This document shows, in pieces, positions 47,829 through 60,042 of a stretch of DNA of 64,000 nt; the first letter of the stretch is position 1, and each line of letters begins with the position of its first letter. The notes below the pieces were generated by a model. The model saw only the letters and a list, made by a program, of their open reading frames with translations, was not told the origin of the DNA and made no database searches. Position numbers and translations under genes: made by a program. Location of the stretch: assembly GCF_058153355.1 (NCBI RefSeq), contig NZ_CM177019.1; one strand, written 5' to 3'.

Positions 47829-48002
47829 TTAGCAAGCGCGTATCCTCGCAGATCTACGCTCACGATGCGACAATTTAATCGGTTCTTCATCGGGTGGTGG
47901 GTCAGGCATGGGTTGCGGGCGAGGGATTGGATCGGGCACTGGAACAGGATCGCCAGGAATCGGTTCAGGGACAGGAATTTGCAAATAAATGAGTGTCGTC
48001 AT
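47829..48002 (-). CDS. candidate small proline-rich protein (57 aa)
   Basis: ORF MTTLIYLQIPVPEPIPGDPVPVPDPIPRPQPMPDPPPDEEPIKLSHRERRSARIRAC with strong SD (GGAGGG, 5-nt spacer); below ORF-track cutoff, translated by hand. Confidence 0.3.
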   Translation of the reverse strand: MTTLIYLQIPVPEPIPGDPVPVPDPIPRPQPMPDPPPDEEPIKLSHRERRSARIRAC

Positions 48003-48059
48003 ATTTCCCTCCGGTCATTGGGTGGACTCTTAAAGGGTAGACGCTGATATATAACAGGC

Positions 48060-48181
48060 AAAAAAAAGCCGACTCATCAAAGTCGGCGTCGTACGAATCA
48101 ATTGTGCTATGCAGTAATTCAAAAAAGGAAGTAAGACAATATGGAGCGCAACGCCCATCGCTTGACGTTGCATTCACCTGC
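48060..48181 (-). ncRNA. fnrS: FnrS sRNA (FNR-activated, Hfq-dependent)
   Basis: minus strand reads GCAGGTGAATGCAACGTCAAGCGATGGGCGTTGCGCTCCATATTGTCTTACTTCCTTTTTTGAATTACTGCATAGCAC...GCCGACTTTGATGAGTCGGCTTTTTTTT, recognised as FnrS with intrinsic terminator. Confidence 0.85.
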
Positions 48182-48216
48182 AAGAGAGATATTGCCCTGA
48201 ATGGGTAGAGAGTTTA

Positions 48217-48230
48217 TTGACTTCGCTCAA
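48217..48230. promoter_or_regulatory. putative FNR binding site of the fnrS promoter
   Basis: TTGACttcgCTCAA matches FNR consensus TTGATnnnnATCAA at 8/10 positions, centred about 42 bp upstream of the inferred fnrS 5' end. Confidence 0.5.
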
Positions 48231-48276
48231 ACTTTGCGGCGTTTTTGTATACAGACCGCCGGAAAAATTGCTTTTG

Positions 48277-49281
<1,005 letters not shown>

Positions 49282-49513
49282 TTATTTTGTAGTCTAGCCT
49301 TCTGGCCCTGTTACGCAACATCTCATCACCCCATTACCCTGAAATGATTAATAAAATTCTGTCTAAATTGAATACAAAAAGCAAAATGCTTTTCCATATA
49401 CAAACCGTGTGAAGTGTTAAATAGCGTCTATCATTATCAGAATTATCTGATCATATGACGTGGCTTTTTGCGATCGGATAGCAACAAAAATTGATAAAAA
49501 TAACGGGATCTCA

Positions 49514-50746
49514 ATGATTACGCACAACTTCAATACCCTAGACTTACTCACCAGTCCTGTCTGGATCGTTTCGCCCTTTGAGGAACAGTTAATTTATGCC
49601 AACAGCGCGGCACGACTGTTGATGCAAGACCTCACGTTTAGTCAGCTACGAACCGGTCCCTATTCCGTCTCCTCACAAAAAGAACTACCGAAATACCTCT
49701 CCGATCTGCAAAACCAACACGATATTATCGAAATCCTCACCGTTCAACGTAAAGAAGAGGAAACAGCATTAAGCTGTCGGCTTGTTTTGCGAGAGCTGAC
49801 AGAAGCAGAACCGGTGATTATTTTCGAAGGTATCGAAGCGCCGGCAACGCTGGGTTTAAAAGCCAGTCGCTCGGCAAATTATCAGCGCAAAAAACAAGGT
49901 TTTTATGCGCGCTTTTTTCTGACTAACTCTGCACCAATGTTGTTGATTGACCCCTCACGAGATGGCCAAATCGTCGATGCTAACCTCGCCGCGCTCAATT
50001 TCTATGGTTATAACCATGAAACGATGTGCCAGAAACATACCTGGGAAATTAATATGCTCGGGCGTCGCGTCATGCCTATCATGCATGAAATCTCGCATTT
50101 ACCCGGTGGTCATAAGCCTTTGAATTTTGTTCATAAACTGGCGGATGGTTCGACTCGTCATGTGCAGACCTATGCTGGGCCGATTGAAATTTATGGCGAC
50201 AAGCTCATGTTATGTATTGTGCATGATATTACGGAGCAAAAACGGCTGGAGGAGCAGCTGGAACATGCTGCCCACCATGACGCGATGACCGGATTACTGA
50301 ATCGGCGACAGTTTTATCACATTACCGAGCCAGGCCAAATGCAGCACCTCGCCATCGTTCAGGATTACAGCTTATTGCTCATCGACACCGATCGTTTTAA
50401 ACACATTAACGATCTCTATGGGCATTCTAAAGGTGATGAGGTGTTATGCGCCCTTGCCCGCACTCTCGAAAGCTGCGCTCGCAAAGGCGATTTGGTGTTT
50501 CGTTGGGGAGGCGAAGAGTTTGTCTTATTGCTACCAAGAACCCCACTGGATACCGCGCTTTCGCTGGCTGAAACTATCCGCGTAAGCGTGGCAAAAGTGA
50601 GTATTTCGGGCTTACCACGCTTTACCGTCAGCATTGGTGTGGCGCATCACGAAGGAAATGAAAGCATCGATGAACTGTTTAAACGCGTTGATGATGCTTT
50701 GTATCGGGCGAAAAATGATGGACGCAACCGCGTGCTGGCGGCATAA
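49514..50746 (+). CDS. dgcM: diguanylate cyclase DgcM (PAS-GGDEF)
   Basis: ORF opens at 49460; conserved product starts MITHNFNTLDLL; GGEEF active site (RWGGEEFVLLL). Confidence 0.9.
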   Translation: MITHNFNTLDLLTSPVWIVSPFEEQLIYANSAARLLMQDLTFSQLRTGPYSVSSQKELPKYLSDLQNQHDIIEILTVQRKEEETALSCRLVLRELTEAEPVIIFEGIEAPATLGLKASRSANYQRKKQGFYARFFLTNSAPMLLIDPSRDGQIVDANLAALNFYGYNHETMCQKHTWEINMLGRRVMPIMHEISHLPGGHKPLNFVHKLADGSTRHVQTYAGPIEIYGDKLMLCIVHDITEQKRLEEQLEHAAHHDAMTGLLNRRQFYHITEPGQMQHLAIVQDYSLLLIDTDRFKHINDLYGHSKGDEVLCALARTLESCARKGDLVFRWGGEEFVLLLPRTPLDTALSLAETIRVSVAKVSISGLPRFTVSIGVAHHEGNESIDELFKRVDDALYRAKNDGRNRVLAA

Positions 50747-50766
50747 GCCGCGGATGCGTCTCGAGA

Positions 50767-51330
50767 TCAACGACTGCGCTTAGCGTGGCGCTCCCAGTTT
50801 TCTTGCTTTGCCTGCGCCGTTTTACGTAGTGCGACGTAACACGCCCCGCTGCCGCCATGATGCGGTAGCGCGGTACAATATGCCTGGACATCATCAAATT
50901 CGGTCAACCAGCGCGCCACATAGCTGCGGACAATATTGGCATGCGATTTATCTTCCCGCCCTTTACCATGAATAATCAGCACATTACGCAAACCATCCGC
51001 CAGGGCTTGTTGAATGAAACTGAACACCATTTTGCGGCACTCTTCCACCGGCTGGCGCAAAAGATTCAGGCTCGCCTGTTGCGGATATTTACCACTGCGC
51101 AGCTTATCCAGCACCCCATGTTGCAACCCTTCCCGCCGAAACTCCAGCGGCTGGCTTAGCGGGATGATGTCGAGAAATCCGGTGGTGAGGAAATTATCAA
51201 GTTGCAGCGTGTCGATACGCTGCGGCGCACGTTGGTTACGCGTTGGATGCCAGTGGACATCTGTAGCACGTTTCAGCGGCTGGACATCTTCCATGGCGTC
51301 AAGAAACAGCGATTTGTCGTCAAGGTTCAT
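50767..51330 (-). CDS. smrA: Smr-domain endonuclease SmrA (YdaL)
   Basis: 187-aa ORF MNLDDKSLFLDAMEDVQPL...; Smr domain; matches YdaL. Confidence 0.9.
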   Translation of the reverse strand: MNLDDKSLFLDAMEDVQPLKRATDVHWHPTRNQRAPQRIDTLQLDNFLTTGFLDIIPLSQPLEFRREGLQHGVLDKLRSGKYPQQASLNLLRQPVEECRKMVFSFIQQALADGLRNVLIIHGKGREDKSHANIVRSYVARWLTEFDDVQAYCTALPHHGGSGACYVALRKTAQAKQENWERHAKRSR

Positions 51331-51557
51331 GTTACATCCTCCCGCAATTAAGAGCGCGATATGATAACCAGACCGGGTCGGTCCAACAACGTATTACCCA
51401 AAATTCCAGTAATAAGTTCCAAATATTGCCGATATTTTAAGCAAAATGCTTATGCATGATTATTCATTCACGATATTAATAATGTAACTTATATTTTCGT
51501 GAAATCTGTCACTGAAGAAAATTGGCAACTAAAGGTTAAAACCGTTATAACACAGTC

Positions 51558-51651
51558 ACCGGCGCAGAGGAGACCATGCCGGATTTAAGACGCGGATGCA
51601 CTGCTGTGTGTACTGTAGAGTCTGGCGGATGTCGACAGACTCTATTTTTTT
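51558..51651 (+). ncRNA. mcaS: McaS sRNA (IsrA)
   Basis: ACCGGCGCAGAGGAGACCATGCCGGATTTAAGACGCGGATGCACTGCTGTGTGTACTGTAGAGTCTGGCGGATGTCGACAGACTCTATTTTTTT recognised as McaS; terminal hairpin plus T7; between smrA and abgR. Confidence 0.7.
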
Positions 51652-51659
51652 ATGCAGTT

Positions 51660-52568
51660 TTAACTTTGCAGATAGCCGCATTCTCGCCGGAATTGCGTGA
51701 TTAATGACGCGGTCAGCGGTGTCTGGCGACTATCACGCCGCTGAATCAAATAATAGGCCGCTTTCGGTAAAATTTCGCTAACCGGCAACATCACCAGCCC
51801 CTGTCCGTGCAAGGGATCGCAGCCCATTTCTTCAGGTAGTATGCTGAGAAAATCGCTTTTTGCCACCAGACTGATACAGGCTGAAAACGTCTCGCAGACT
51901 ACGCCGACCTGTGGCGTTTGCGCCTGATCGTCAAGCAATTCACTCAACTGTTTGTAGTAGCTGCCGTGTGGCGTCGGCATTGTCCAGCTGTAGTCCAGTA
52001 ACTGTTTGATCGAACGGGCACCAATGGCGGGATGTCCCGGGCGGCAAAAGATCGCGAATTGCTTTTCCAGTAATTTCTCAAAAGTAAATTCGTGGTCGTA
52101 GGGTCCCTGATAATAGGTATTGATGGTGAAATCCAGTTCTCCCTGGCGCAATTCATTAATCATCGACACCAGTTGCCCTTCCATAATGCGTACTTTTACC
52201 TGCGGATGCTGCTGATGAAAACGAGATATGACAGCTGGCATCAGACTGCGGGAAATACTGGCCCCCATGCCGATATTAATTTGCCCTGCCAGTTGCCCTT
52301 GTCGTTGGCGAATATCCTCTTGCGCTGCGCGCAGCTCTTCAAGAATAAGACTGGCGTGCTGATAAAAACTTTCGCCGGCATCAGTTAACGTCACGCCTTT
52401 ACTACGGCGAAAAAAGAGTTGTGCCGCTAACCCTTCTTCCAGCTCCTGAATAGATTTACTCAGTGCCGGTTGCGACATATTCAACATTCGGCTCGCTCCG
52501 CGAATGCTGCCCTGACGAGCCACTTCAACAAAAGCCCGAATTTGATGAATTTTTACCTGAAAAGCCAT
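51660..52568 (-). CDS. abgR: LysR-family regulator of the abg operon
   Basis: 302-aa ORF with LysR HTH; divergent from abgA. Confidence 0.9.
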   Translation of the reverse strand: MAFQVKIHQIRAFVEVARQGSIRGASRMLNMSQPALSKSIQELEEGLAAQLFFRRSKGVTLTDAGESFYQHASLILEELRAAQEDIRQRQGQLAGQINIGMGASISRSLMPAVISRFHQQHPQVKVRIMEGQLVSMINELRQGELDFTINTYYQGPYDHEFTFEKLLEKQFAIFCRPGHPAIGARSIKQLLDYSWTMPTPHGSYYKQLSELLDDQAQTPQVGVVCETFSACISLVAKSDFLSILPEEMGCDPLHGQGLVMLPVSEILPKAAYYLIQRRDSRQTPLTASLITQFRRECGYLQS

Positions 52569-52743
52569 GACGCCACCGATAACCGTTATTTATCAGACCA
52601 AAGAAACTGGCATCTACTTTAATGCAGATGATTGTGTCAGGGTAATTTATGAACGGTTAAAACTGTGAAAAATCAGTTAGTGATAAGTAAAAACTATCAC
52701 TACGTGAACCGGGTCACATTTTTTACTGATGACGGGAAAGGTT

Positions 52744-54054
52744 ATGGAGTCTTTGAATCAATTTGTTAATTCGCTTGCCCCAAGATTATCGCACTGGCGA
52801 CGTGATTTTCATCGCTATGCAGAGTCTGGCTGGGTGGAATTCCGCACAGCCACCCTTGTTGCAGAAGAATTGCACCAGCTCGGCTATTCACTGGCGCTGG
52901 GCCGCGAAGTCGTTAATGAAAGTAGTCGGATGGGACTACCTGATGAACTCACTCTACAGCGCGAATTCGAGCGCGCTCTTCAACAAGGTGCGTTAGCACA
53001 ATGGATTGCGGCTTTTGAAGGTGGTTTCACTGGCATCGTCGCCACCCTGGATACCGGTCGCCCCGGTCCGGTGATGGCTTTCCGTGTCGATATGGACGCG
53101 CTGGATCTCAGTGAAGAACGGGATGTCAGCCATCGCCCCTACCGCGACGGTTTTGCGTCATGTAACGCCGGAATGATGCATGCCTGTGGTCATGATGGAC
53201 ATACCGCTATTGGGCTTGGGCTGGCGCACACCCTTAAACAGTTCGAGTCCGGACTTCACGGCGTCATCAAACTGATTTTTCAGCCTGCAGAGGAAGGTAC
53301 GCGTGGCGCGCGGGCGATGGTCGATGCAGGTGTAGTGGATGATGTTGATTATTTTACTGCCGTGCACATTGGCACTGGCGTACCTGCGGGCACCGTGGTG
53401 TGCGGCAGTGATAATTTTATGGCAACAACCAAATTTGACGCGCACTTCACTGGTACCGCCGCTCACGCAGGCGCAAAACCACAAGACGGTCACAATGCCT
53501 TACTGGCGGCAGCACAAGCAACTCTTGCGCTGCATGGAATCGCCCCGCACAGCGAAGGGGCTTCCAGAGTAAACGTGGGCGTTATGCAGGCAGGAAGCGG
53601 TCGTAATGTGGTTCCTGCCTCGGCGTTGCTGAAAGTTGAAACTCGAGGGGTCAGCGACGTCATCAATCAATATGTTTTTGACCGTGCACAACAAGCGATT
53701 CAGGGCGCAGCAGCCATGTATGGTGTCGGCGTTGAAACTCGGCTGATGGGTGCAGCTACCGCCAGTTCTCCTTCGCCGCAATGGGTCGCATGGTTACAAA
53801 GCCAGGCGGCTCAGGTCGCGGGGGTCAATCAGGCCATTGAACGTGTTGAAGCGCCTGCGGGTTCCGAAGATGCCACATTAATGATGGCCCGCGTGCAGCG
53901 ACATCAAGGGCAAGCCTCCTATATGGTGTTTGGCACACAGCTGGCAGCAGGTCATCACAACGAAAAATTCGATTTTGACGAGCAGGTTCTCGCTATTGCC
54001 GTCGAAACGCTGGCGCGCACCGCGCTCAACTTTCCCTGGACGCGAGGTATCTGA
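52744..54054 (+). CDS. abgA: p-aminobenzoyl-glutamate hydrolase subunit A (M20 peptidase family)
   Basis: ORF opens at 52729; conserved 436-aa product starts at MESLNQFVNSLAP. Confidence 0.9.
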   Translation: MESLNQFVNSLAPRLSHWRRDFHRYAESGWVEFRTATLVAEELHQLGYSLALGREVVNESSRMGLPDELTLQREFERALQQGALAQWIAAFEGGFTGIVATLDTGRPGPVMAFRVDMDALDLSEERDVSHRPYRDGFASCNAGMMHACGHDGHTAIGLGLAHTLKQFESGLHGVIKLIFQPAEEGTRGARAMVDAGVVDDVDYFTAVHIGTGVPAGTVVCGSDNFMATTKFDAHFTGTAAHAGAKPQDGHNALLAAAQATLALHGIAPHSEGASRVNVGVMQAGSGRNVVPASALLKVETRGVSDVINQYVFDRAQQAIQGAAAMYGVGVETRLMGAATASSPSPQWVAWLQSQAAQVAGVNQAIERVEAPAGSEDATLMMARVQRHQGQASYMVFGTQLAAGHHNEKFDFDEQVLAIAVETLARTALNFPWTRGI

Positions 54055-55499
54055 TGCAGGAAATCTATCGTTTTATCGACGATGCGATTGAAGCCGATCG
54101 CCAACGTTATACCGATATTGCCGATCAAATCTGGGATCATCCAGAAACACGTTTTGAAGAGTTCTGGTCAGCGGAGCATCTGGCTTCGGCGCTGGAATCT
54201 GCAGGCTTCACCGTGACTCGCAACGTAGGCAATATCCCAAATGCCTTTATTGCTTCGTTTGGTCAAGGCAAACCGGTTATCGCCTTGCTGGGGGAATATG
54301 ACGCCCTGGCAGGTTTAAGTCAGCAAGCAGGTTGCGCGCAGCCTACATCCACGACGCCCGGTGAAAATGGTCACGGTTGCGGACACAATTTGCTGGGAAC
54401 CGCCGCTTTTGCCGCAGCAATAGCCGTCAAGAAATGGCTGGAACAATATGGGCAAGGCGGCACGGTGCGCTTTTATGGTTGTCCTGGCGAAGAAGGCGGC
54501 TCGGGAAAAACGTTCATGGTCCGCGAGGGGTTATTTGATGATGTGGATGCGGCACTCACCTGGCACCCGGAAGCCTTTGCCGGTATGTTCAATACCCGCA
54601 CGCTGGCAAATATTCAAGCATCATGGCGCTTTAAAGGGATCGCAGCACATGCTGCAAATTCCCCTCATTTGGGACGCAGCGCCCTTGATGCCGTAACGTT
54701 GATGACCACTGGCACCAACTTCCTCAACGAACATATTATTGAAAAAGCGCGCGTACACTATGCCATCACAGAGAGCGGCGGGATCTCGCCCAACGTGGTC
54801 CAGGCGCAGGCAGAAGTGCTTTATCTTATCCGCGCCCCCGAAATGACCGACGTGCAGCATATTTATGATCGGGTAGCCAAAATCGCCGAAGGTGCGGCAT
54901 TGATGACCGAAACCACGGTTGAATGCCGCTTCGACAAAGCCTGTTCCAGTTATCTCCCTAATCGCACCTTAGAAAAGGCCATGTACCAGGCTCTGTCCCA
55001 TTTTGGAACCCCTGAATGGAAATCCGAAGAACTGGCTTTTGCGAAACAAATTCAGGCTACGCTCACCCCCAACGATCGGCAAAACAGTCTGAATAATATC
55101 GCCGCAACCGGTGGAGAAAACGGCAAGGCTTTTGCACTACGTCATCGTGAAACGGTACTGGCGAATGAAGTCGCTCCATATGCCGCCACCGATAACGTGC
55201 TTGCGGCATCAACTGATGTCGGCGACGTCAGTTGGAAACTGCCTGTTGCCCAGTGTTTCAGCCCCTGTTTCGCCGTCGGTACACCGCTACATACGTGGCA
55301 ACTGGTTAGCCAGGGGCGAACGTCTATTGCTCATAAAGGAATGCTGCTGGCGGCGAAAACTATAGCAGCAACCACACTTAATCTCTTCATTGATTCAGGG
55401 CTATTGCAAGAATGCCAACAAGAGCATCAGCAAGTTACGGACACGCAACCGTATCACTGCCCTATCCCGAAAAACGTGACACCGTCACCTTTAAAATAA
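54054..55499 (+). CDS. abgB: p-aminobenzoyl-glutamate hydrolase subunit B (M20 peptidase family)
   Basis: 481-aa ORF; start overlaps abgA stop (translational coupling). Confidence 0.9.
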   Translation: MQEIYRFIDDAIEADRQRYTDIADQIWDHPETRFEEFWSAEHLASALESAGFTVTRNVGNIPNAFIASFGQGKPVIALLGEYDALAGLSQQAGCAQPTSTTPGENGHGCGHNLLGTAAFAAAIAVKKWLEQYGQGGTVRFYGCPGEEGGSGKTFMVREGLFDDVDAALTWHPEAFAGMFNTRTLANIQASWRFKGIAAHAANSPHLGRSALDAVTLMTTGTNFLNEHIIEKARVHYAITESGGISPNVVQAQAEVLYLIRAPEMTDVQHIYDRVAKIAEGAALMTETTVECRFDKACSSYLPNRTLEKAMYQALSHFGTPEWKSEELAFAKQIQATLTPNDRQNSLNNIAATGGENGKAFALRHRETVLANEVAPYAATDNVLAASTDVGDVSWKLPVAQCFSPCFAVGTPLHTWQLVSQGRTSIAHKGMLLAAKTIAATTLNLFIDSGLLQECQQEHQQVTDTQPYHCPIPKNVTPSPLK

Positions 55500-55535
55500 C
55501 AACAACAACGCAAACACAACAATCGAGGAATGCCC

Positions 55536-57062
55536 ATGAGTATGTCATCCATACCGTCGTCCTCCCAATCCGGGAAGCTCTATGGCTGGGTCGAAAGAAT
55601 TGGTAACAAGGTTCCCCATCCTTTTTTGCTCTTTATCTATTTGATTATCGTACTCATGGTGACGACGGCAATTTTGTCGGCCTTTGGCGTCAGTGCGAAA
55701 AACCCGACCGATGGTACGCCAGTGGTCGTGAAAAACCTGCTCAGTGTGGAAGGATTACACTGGTTTTTACCCAATGTGATTAAAAACTTTAGCGGTTTTG
55801 CCCCACTAGGCGCGATCCTGGCGCTGGTTTTAGGTGCTGGTCTGGCGGAACGCGTCGGCTTACTGCCAGCGTTAATGGTTAAAATGGCATCGCATGTGAA
55901 TGCCCGCTATGCCAGTTATATGGTGTTGTTTATTGCTTTTTTCAGCCATATATCATCCGATGCGGCGTTAGTTATCATGCCACCGATGGGCGCATTGATT
56001 TTTCTGGCGGTGGGCAGGCATCCAGTGGCAGGTTTACTGGCCGCCATTGCAGGCGTCGGTTGCGGCTTTACGGCTAATTTACTGATTGTCACAACCGACG
56101 TGTTGCTGTCGGGGATCAGCACGGAAGCTGCGGCTGCGTTCAATCCGCAAATGCACGTCAGTGTAATTGATAACTGGTATTTTATGGCCAGCTCCGTAGT
56201 CGTACTGACGGTTGTTGGCGGCCTGATAACCGACAAAATCATTGAGCCACGGTTAGGTCAATGGCAGGGAAACAGCGATGAGAAACTGCAGACATTGACC
56301 GAAAGTCAGCGTTTTGGTTTACGCATAGCAGGTGTCGTATCGCTACTTTTTATTGCTGCGATTGCGCTGATGGTGATCCCGGTAAACGGTATATTGCGCG
56401 ATCCGATTAATCACACCGTGATGCCATCACCCTTTATTAAAGGTATCGTGCCACTGATCATTCTTTTTTTCTTTGTGGTCTCGCTGGCTTATGGCATCGC
56501 TACCCGCACAATTCGACGTCAGGCGGATTTACCGCATTTAATGATTGAACCGATGAAAGAGATGGCGGGATTTATCGTGATGGTTTTTCCCCTCGCCCAG
56601 TTTGTCGCCATGTTTAACTGGAGCAACATGGGGAAATTCATCGCCGTGGGGCTGACCGATATACTGGAAAGTTCAGGGCTTAGCGGCATCCCGGCGTTTG
56701 TCGGTCTGGCGTTGCTTTCCTCTTTCTTATGCATGTTTATCGCCAGCGGTTCCGCAATCTGGTCGATTCTGGCCCCCATTTTCGTACCGATGTTTATGCT
56801 ACTTGGCTTTCACCCGGCATTTGCGCAAATCCTCTTTCGTATTGCCGACTCATCCGTATTGCCTTTAGCGCCGGTATCTCCTTTTGTTCCACTGTTTCTT
56901 GGATTCCTGCAACGTTACAAACCAGACGCGAAACTGGGTACTTACTATTCGTTAGTTTTGCCCTATCCACTTATCTTTTTGGTGGTATGGCTGCTGATGT
57001 TGCTGGCGTGGTATCTTGTTGGTCTGCCGATAGGTCCGGGGATTTACCCTCGTTTGTCTTAA
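55536..57062 (+). CDS. abgT: p-aminobenzoyl-glutamate transporter
   Basis: ORF opens at 55530; conserved 508-aa product starts at [18 protein letters not shown]; polytopic membrane protein. Confidence 0.9.
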   Translation: MSMSSIPSSSQSGKLYGWVERIGNKVPHPFLLFIYLIIVLMVTTAILSAFGVSAKNPTDGTPVVVKNLLSVEGLHWFLPNVIKNFSGFAPLGAILALVLGAGLAERVGLLPALMVKMASHVNARYASYMVLFIAFFSHISSDAALVIMPPMGALIFLAVGRHPVAGLLAAIAGVGCGFTANLLIVTTDVLLSGISTEAAAAFNPQMHVSVIDNWYFMASSVVVLTVVGGLITDKIIEPRLGQWQGNSDEKLQTLTESQRFGLRIAGVVSLLFIAAIALMVIPVNGILRDPINHTVMPSPFIKGIVPLIILFFFVVSLAYGIATRTIRRQADLPHLMIEPMKEMAGFIVMVFPLAQFVAMFNWSNMGKFIAVGLTDILESSGLSGIPAFVGLALLSSFLCMFIASGSAIWSILAPIFVPMFMLLGFHPAFAQILFRIADSSVLPLAPVSPFVPLFLGFLQRYKPDAKLGTYYSLVLPYPLIFLVVWLLMLLAWYLVGLPIGPGIYPRLS

Positions 57063-57072
57063 GAGAGAACGG

Positions 57073-57588
57073 ATGCTGAGATTACTTGAAGAAAAAATTG
57101 CCACGCCACTAGGTCCACTGTGGGTGATTTGCGATGAGCAATTTCACTTGCGGGCGGTTGAATGGGAAGAGTACAGCGAACGCATGGTGCAGCTGCTGGA
57201 CATTCATTACCGCAAAGAAGGCTATGAACGCATTTCTGCCACCAACCCAGGTGGTTTAAGCGACAAGCTTCGTGAATATTTTGCCGGTAATCTTAGCATT
57301 ATTGATACGCTTCCCACTGCCACGGGGGGGACGCCATTTCAGCGCGAGGTCTGGAAAACATTACGCACAATCCCCTGCGGGCAGGTAATGCATTACGGCC
57401 AACTGGCTGAACAATTGGGCCGCCCCGGCGCGGCGCGTGCCGTAGGTGCGGCAAATGGATCGAATCCCATCAGCATTGTTGTGCCTTGTCATCGGGTCAT
57501 TGGCAGAAACGGTACCATGACCGGATATGCAGGCGGAGTTCAGCGAAAAGAGTGGTTATTACGCCACGAAGGTTATCTTTTGCTGTAA
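57073..57588 (+). CDS. ogt: O6-methylguanine-DNA methyltransferase
   Basis: 171-aa ORF with PCHRV active site ([10 protein letters not shown]); matches Ogt. Confidence 0.95.
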   Translation: MLRLLEEKIATPLGPLWVICDEQFHLRAVEWEEYSERMVQLLDIHYRKEGYERISATNPGGLSDKLREYFAGNLSIIDTLPTATGGTPFQREVWKTLRTIPCGQVMHYGQLAEQLGRPGAARAVGAANGSNPISIVVPCHRVIGRNGTMTGYAGGVQRKEWLLRHEGYLLL

Positions 57589-57782
57589 ACATTAAACAAT
57601 TTGTGCCAGCTTGTTCACACTTTTATGTAAAGTTACCCTTAATAACTTAAGGGTTTTCAAATAGATAGACATATATTTACATCTAATATCGGAATTCTCT
57701 GCTGTTAAGGTTTGCTTAGACTTACTTGCTCCCTAAAAAGATGTTAAAATTGACAAATATCAATTACGGCTTGAGCAGACCT

Positions 57783-58535
57783 ATGATCCCGGAAAAGCGA
57801 ATTATACGGCGCATTCAGTCTGGCGGTTGTGCTATCCATTGCCAGGATTGCAGCATCAGCCAGCTTTGCATCCCGTTCACACTCAACGAACATGAGCTTG
57901 ATCAGCTTGATAATATCATTGAGCGAAAGAAGCCTATTCAGAAAGGCCAGACGCTGTTTAAGGCTGGTGATGAACTTAAATCGCTTTATGCCATCCGCTC
58001 CGGTACGATTAAAAGTTATACCATTACTGAGCAAGGCGACGAGCAAATCACTGGTTTCCATTTAGCTGGTGACCTGGTGGGATTTGATGCCATCGGCAGC
58101 GCTCATCACCCGAGCTTCGCGCAGGCGCTGGAAACCTCGATGGTATGTGAAATTCCGTTCGAAACGCTGGACGATTTGTCCGGTAAAATGCCGAATCTGC
58201 GTCAGCAGATGATGCGTCTGATGAGCGGTGAAATCAAAGGCGATCAGGACATGATCCTGCTGTTGTCGAAGAAAAATGCCGAGGAGCGTCTGGCTGCATT
58301 CATCTACAACCTGTCCCGTCGTTTTGCCCAACGCGGCTTCTCCCCTCGTGAATTCCGCCTGACGATGACTCGTGGCGATATCGGTAACTATCTGGGCCTG
58401 ACGGTAGAAACCATCAGCCGTCTGCTGGGTCGCTTCCAGAAAAGCGGTATGCTGGCAGTCAAAGGTAAATACATCACCATCGAAAATAACGATGCGCTGG
58501 CCCAGCTTGCTGGTCATACGCGTAACGTTGCCTGA
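57783..58535 (+). CDS. fnr: fumarate/nitrate reduction transcriptional regulator FNR
   Basis: ORF opens at 57726; conserved 250-aa product starts at [29 protein letters not shown] with N-terminal Cys cluster and C-terminal HTH. Confidence 0.95.
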   Translation: MIPEKRIIRRIQSGGCAIHCQDCSISQLCIPFTLNEHELDQLDNIIERKKPIQKGQTLFKAGDELKSLYAIRSGTIKSYTITEQGDEQITGFHLAGDLVGFDAIGSAHHPSFAQALETSMVCEIPFETLDDLSGKMPNLRQQMMRLMSGEIKGDQDMILLLSKKNAEERLAAFIYNLSRRFAQRGFSPREFRLTMTRGDIGNYLGLTVETISRLLGRFQKSGMLAVKGKYITIENNDALAQLAGHTRNVA

Positions 58536-58686
58536 TTTTTCCGCATAACTCACTATCCTTCTGTCATATCATTAAATTTTTCTGATTTATTGATCTGGCA
58601 GAAGGTTCATCACTGTTTCATTCACCAGATATGGGTTAATCTTTTAATTACAAACTGCGTTGACAGTTGTTGTAAGGAGACCCTGT

Positions 58687-59637
58687 ATGGCTATGTATCA
58701 GAACATGCTCGTTGTTATCGATCCTAACCAGGACGACCAACCAGCATTGCGGCGAGCTGTTTATTTACATCAACGGATTGGTGGCAAAATTAAAGCCTTT
58801 TTGCCGATCTATGACTTCTCATACGAAATGACCACCCTGCTCTCCCCGGACGAACGTACCGCTATGCGTCAGGGCGTCATCAGCCAGCGAACAGCCTGGA
58901 TCCACGAGCAGGCAAAATATTATCTCAATGCTGGCGTTCCCATTGAAATTAAAGTGGTCTGGCATAACCGTCCATTCGAAGCCATCATTCAGGAAGTGAT
59001 CAGCGGCGGACACGATTTGGTGCTAAAAATGGCGCACCAACATGACCGTCTGGAAGCGGTGATTTTTACGCCAACGGACTGGCATCTGTTACGCAAATGC
59101 CCAAGCCCGGTGTGGATGGTGAAAGACCAGCCGTGGCCGGAAGGGGGTAAGGCGCTGGTGGCGGTGAATCTCGCCAGTGAAGAGCCGTACCATAATGCGC
59201 TCAATGAAAAACTGGTTAAAGAGACGATCGAACTGGCGGAACAAGTCAACCATACCGAAGTTCATCTGGTTGGCGCTTATCCGGTAACGCCAATTAATAT
59301 CGCGATTGAACTGCCGGAATTTGACCCGAGCGTTTATAACGATGCCATTCGTGGGCAACATTTGCTGGCAATGAAAGCCCTACGGCAGAAATTCGGCATT
59401 AATGAAAACATGACGCACGTAGAAAAAGGTCTACCAGAAGAGGTGATTCCTGATTTGGCGGAGCACTTACAGGCGGGGATTGTGGTTCTGGGTACGGTCG
59501 GACGCACCGGTATTTCAGCAGCATTCCTCGGCAACACGGCGGAACAGGTGATTGATCATCTTCGCTGCGACCTGCTGGTCATTAAACCTGACCAGTATCA
59601 AACACCCGTTGAACTGGATGACGAAGAAGACGATTAA
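58687..59637 (+). CDS. uspE: universal stress protein E (tandem Usp domains)
   Basis: ORF opens at 58660; conserved 316-aa product starts at [17 protein letters not shown]. Confidence 0.9.
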   Translation: MAMYQNMLVVIDPNQDDQPALRRAVYLHQRIGGKIKAFLPIYDFSYEMTTLLSPDERTAMRQGVISQRTAWIHEQAKYYLNAGVPIEIKVVWHNRPFEAIIQEVISGGHDLVLKMAHQHDRLEAVIFTPTDWHLLRKCPSPVWMVKDQPWPEGGKALVAVNLASEEPYHNALNEKLVKETIELAEQVNHTEVHLVGAYPVTPINIAIELPEFDPSVYNDAIRGQHLLAMKALRQKFGINENMTHVEKGLPEEVIPDLAEHLQAGIVVLGTVGRTGISAAFLGNTAEQVIDHLRCDLLVIKPDQYQTPVELDDEEDD

Positions 59638-59687
59638 TGACTCTTCAATAACTGACAAGGCCCGATTTATCGGGCCTATTTTTTTAA

Positions 59688-59945
59688 TTACTGCTCCTCG
59701 CCGCCAAGGAAATAAATTCCCAACGGGATTGCCAGCAACACAGTAAAGACCAGGCTATAAACAAAAATCATTGATGACTGAATCACATACATTGATGTCG
59801 TCCACTCAGACAGCGGAATATTGTACTGTTCTATCACGCCGCCGATGGTCGCGCGAGTCACAACCGACGCCGCAATAATGAAAACCGCCAACAAACCAAA
59901 GAGAAATTTCTTCCCTTTCGCTGACTTCAGTTTCGCCATAATCAT
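59688..59945 (-). CDS. ynaJ: small inner membrane protein YnaJ
   Basis: 85-aa ORF with two hydrophobic helices; matches YnaJ. Confidence 0.85.
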   Translation of the reverse strand: MIMAKLKSAKGKKFLFGLLAVFIIAASVVTRATIGGVIEQYNIPLSEWTTSMYVIQSSMIFVYSLVFTVLLAIPLGIYFLGGEEQ

Positions 59946-60029
59946 GATGTAATCCTTGTGCAGACAAATTTCTTGTTACCTAACCGTAACAATACCATGA
60001 CATTTCACCGTTGTCTGCTCTGAAAACCT

Positions 60030-60042
60030 CACCTCTTAGCTG
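60030..60042. repeat. 13-bp target-site duplication (left copy) of IS4
   Basis: CACCTCTTAGCTG immediately outside the IS4 left end; identical copy at 61469..61481. Confidence 0.85.
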
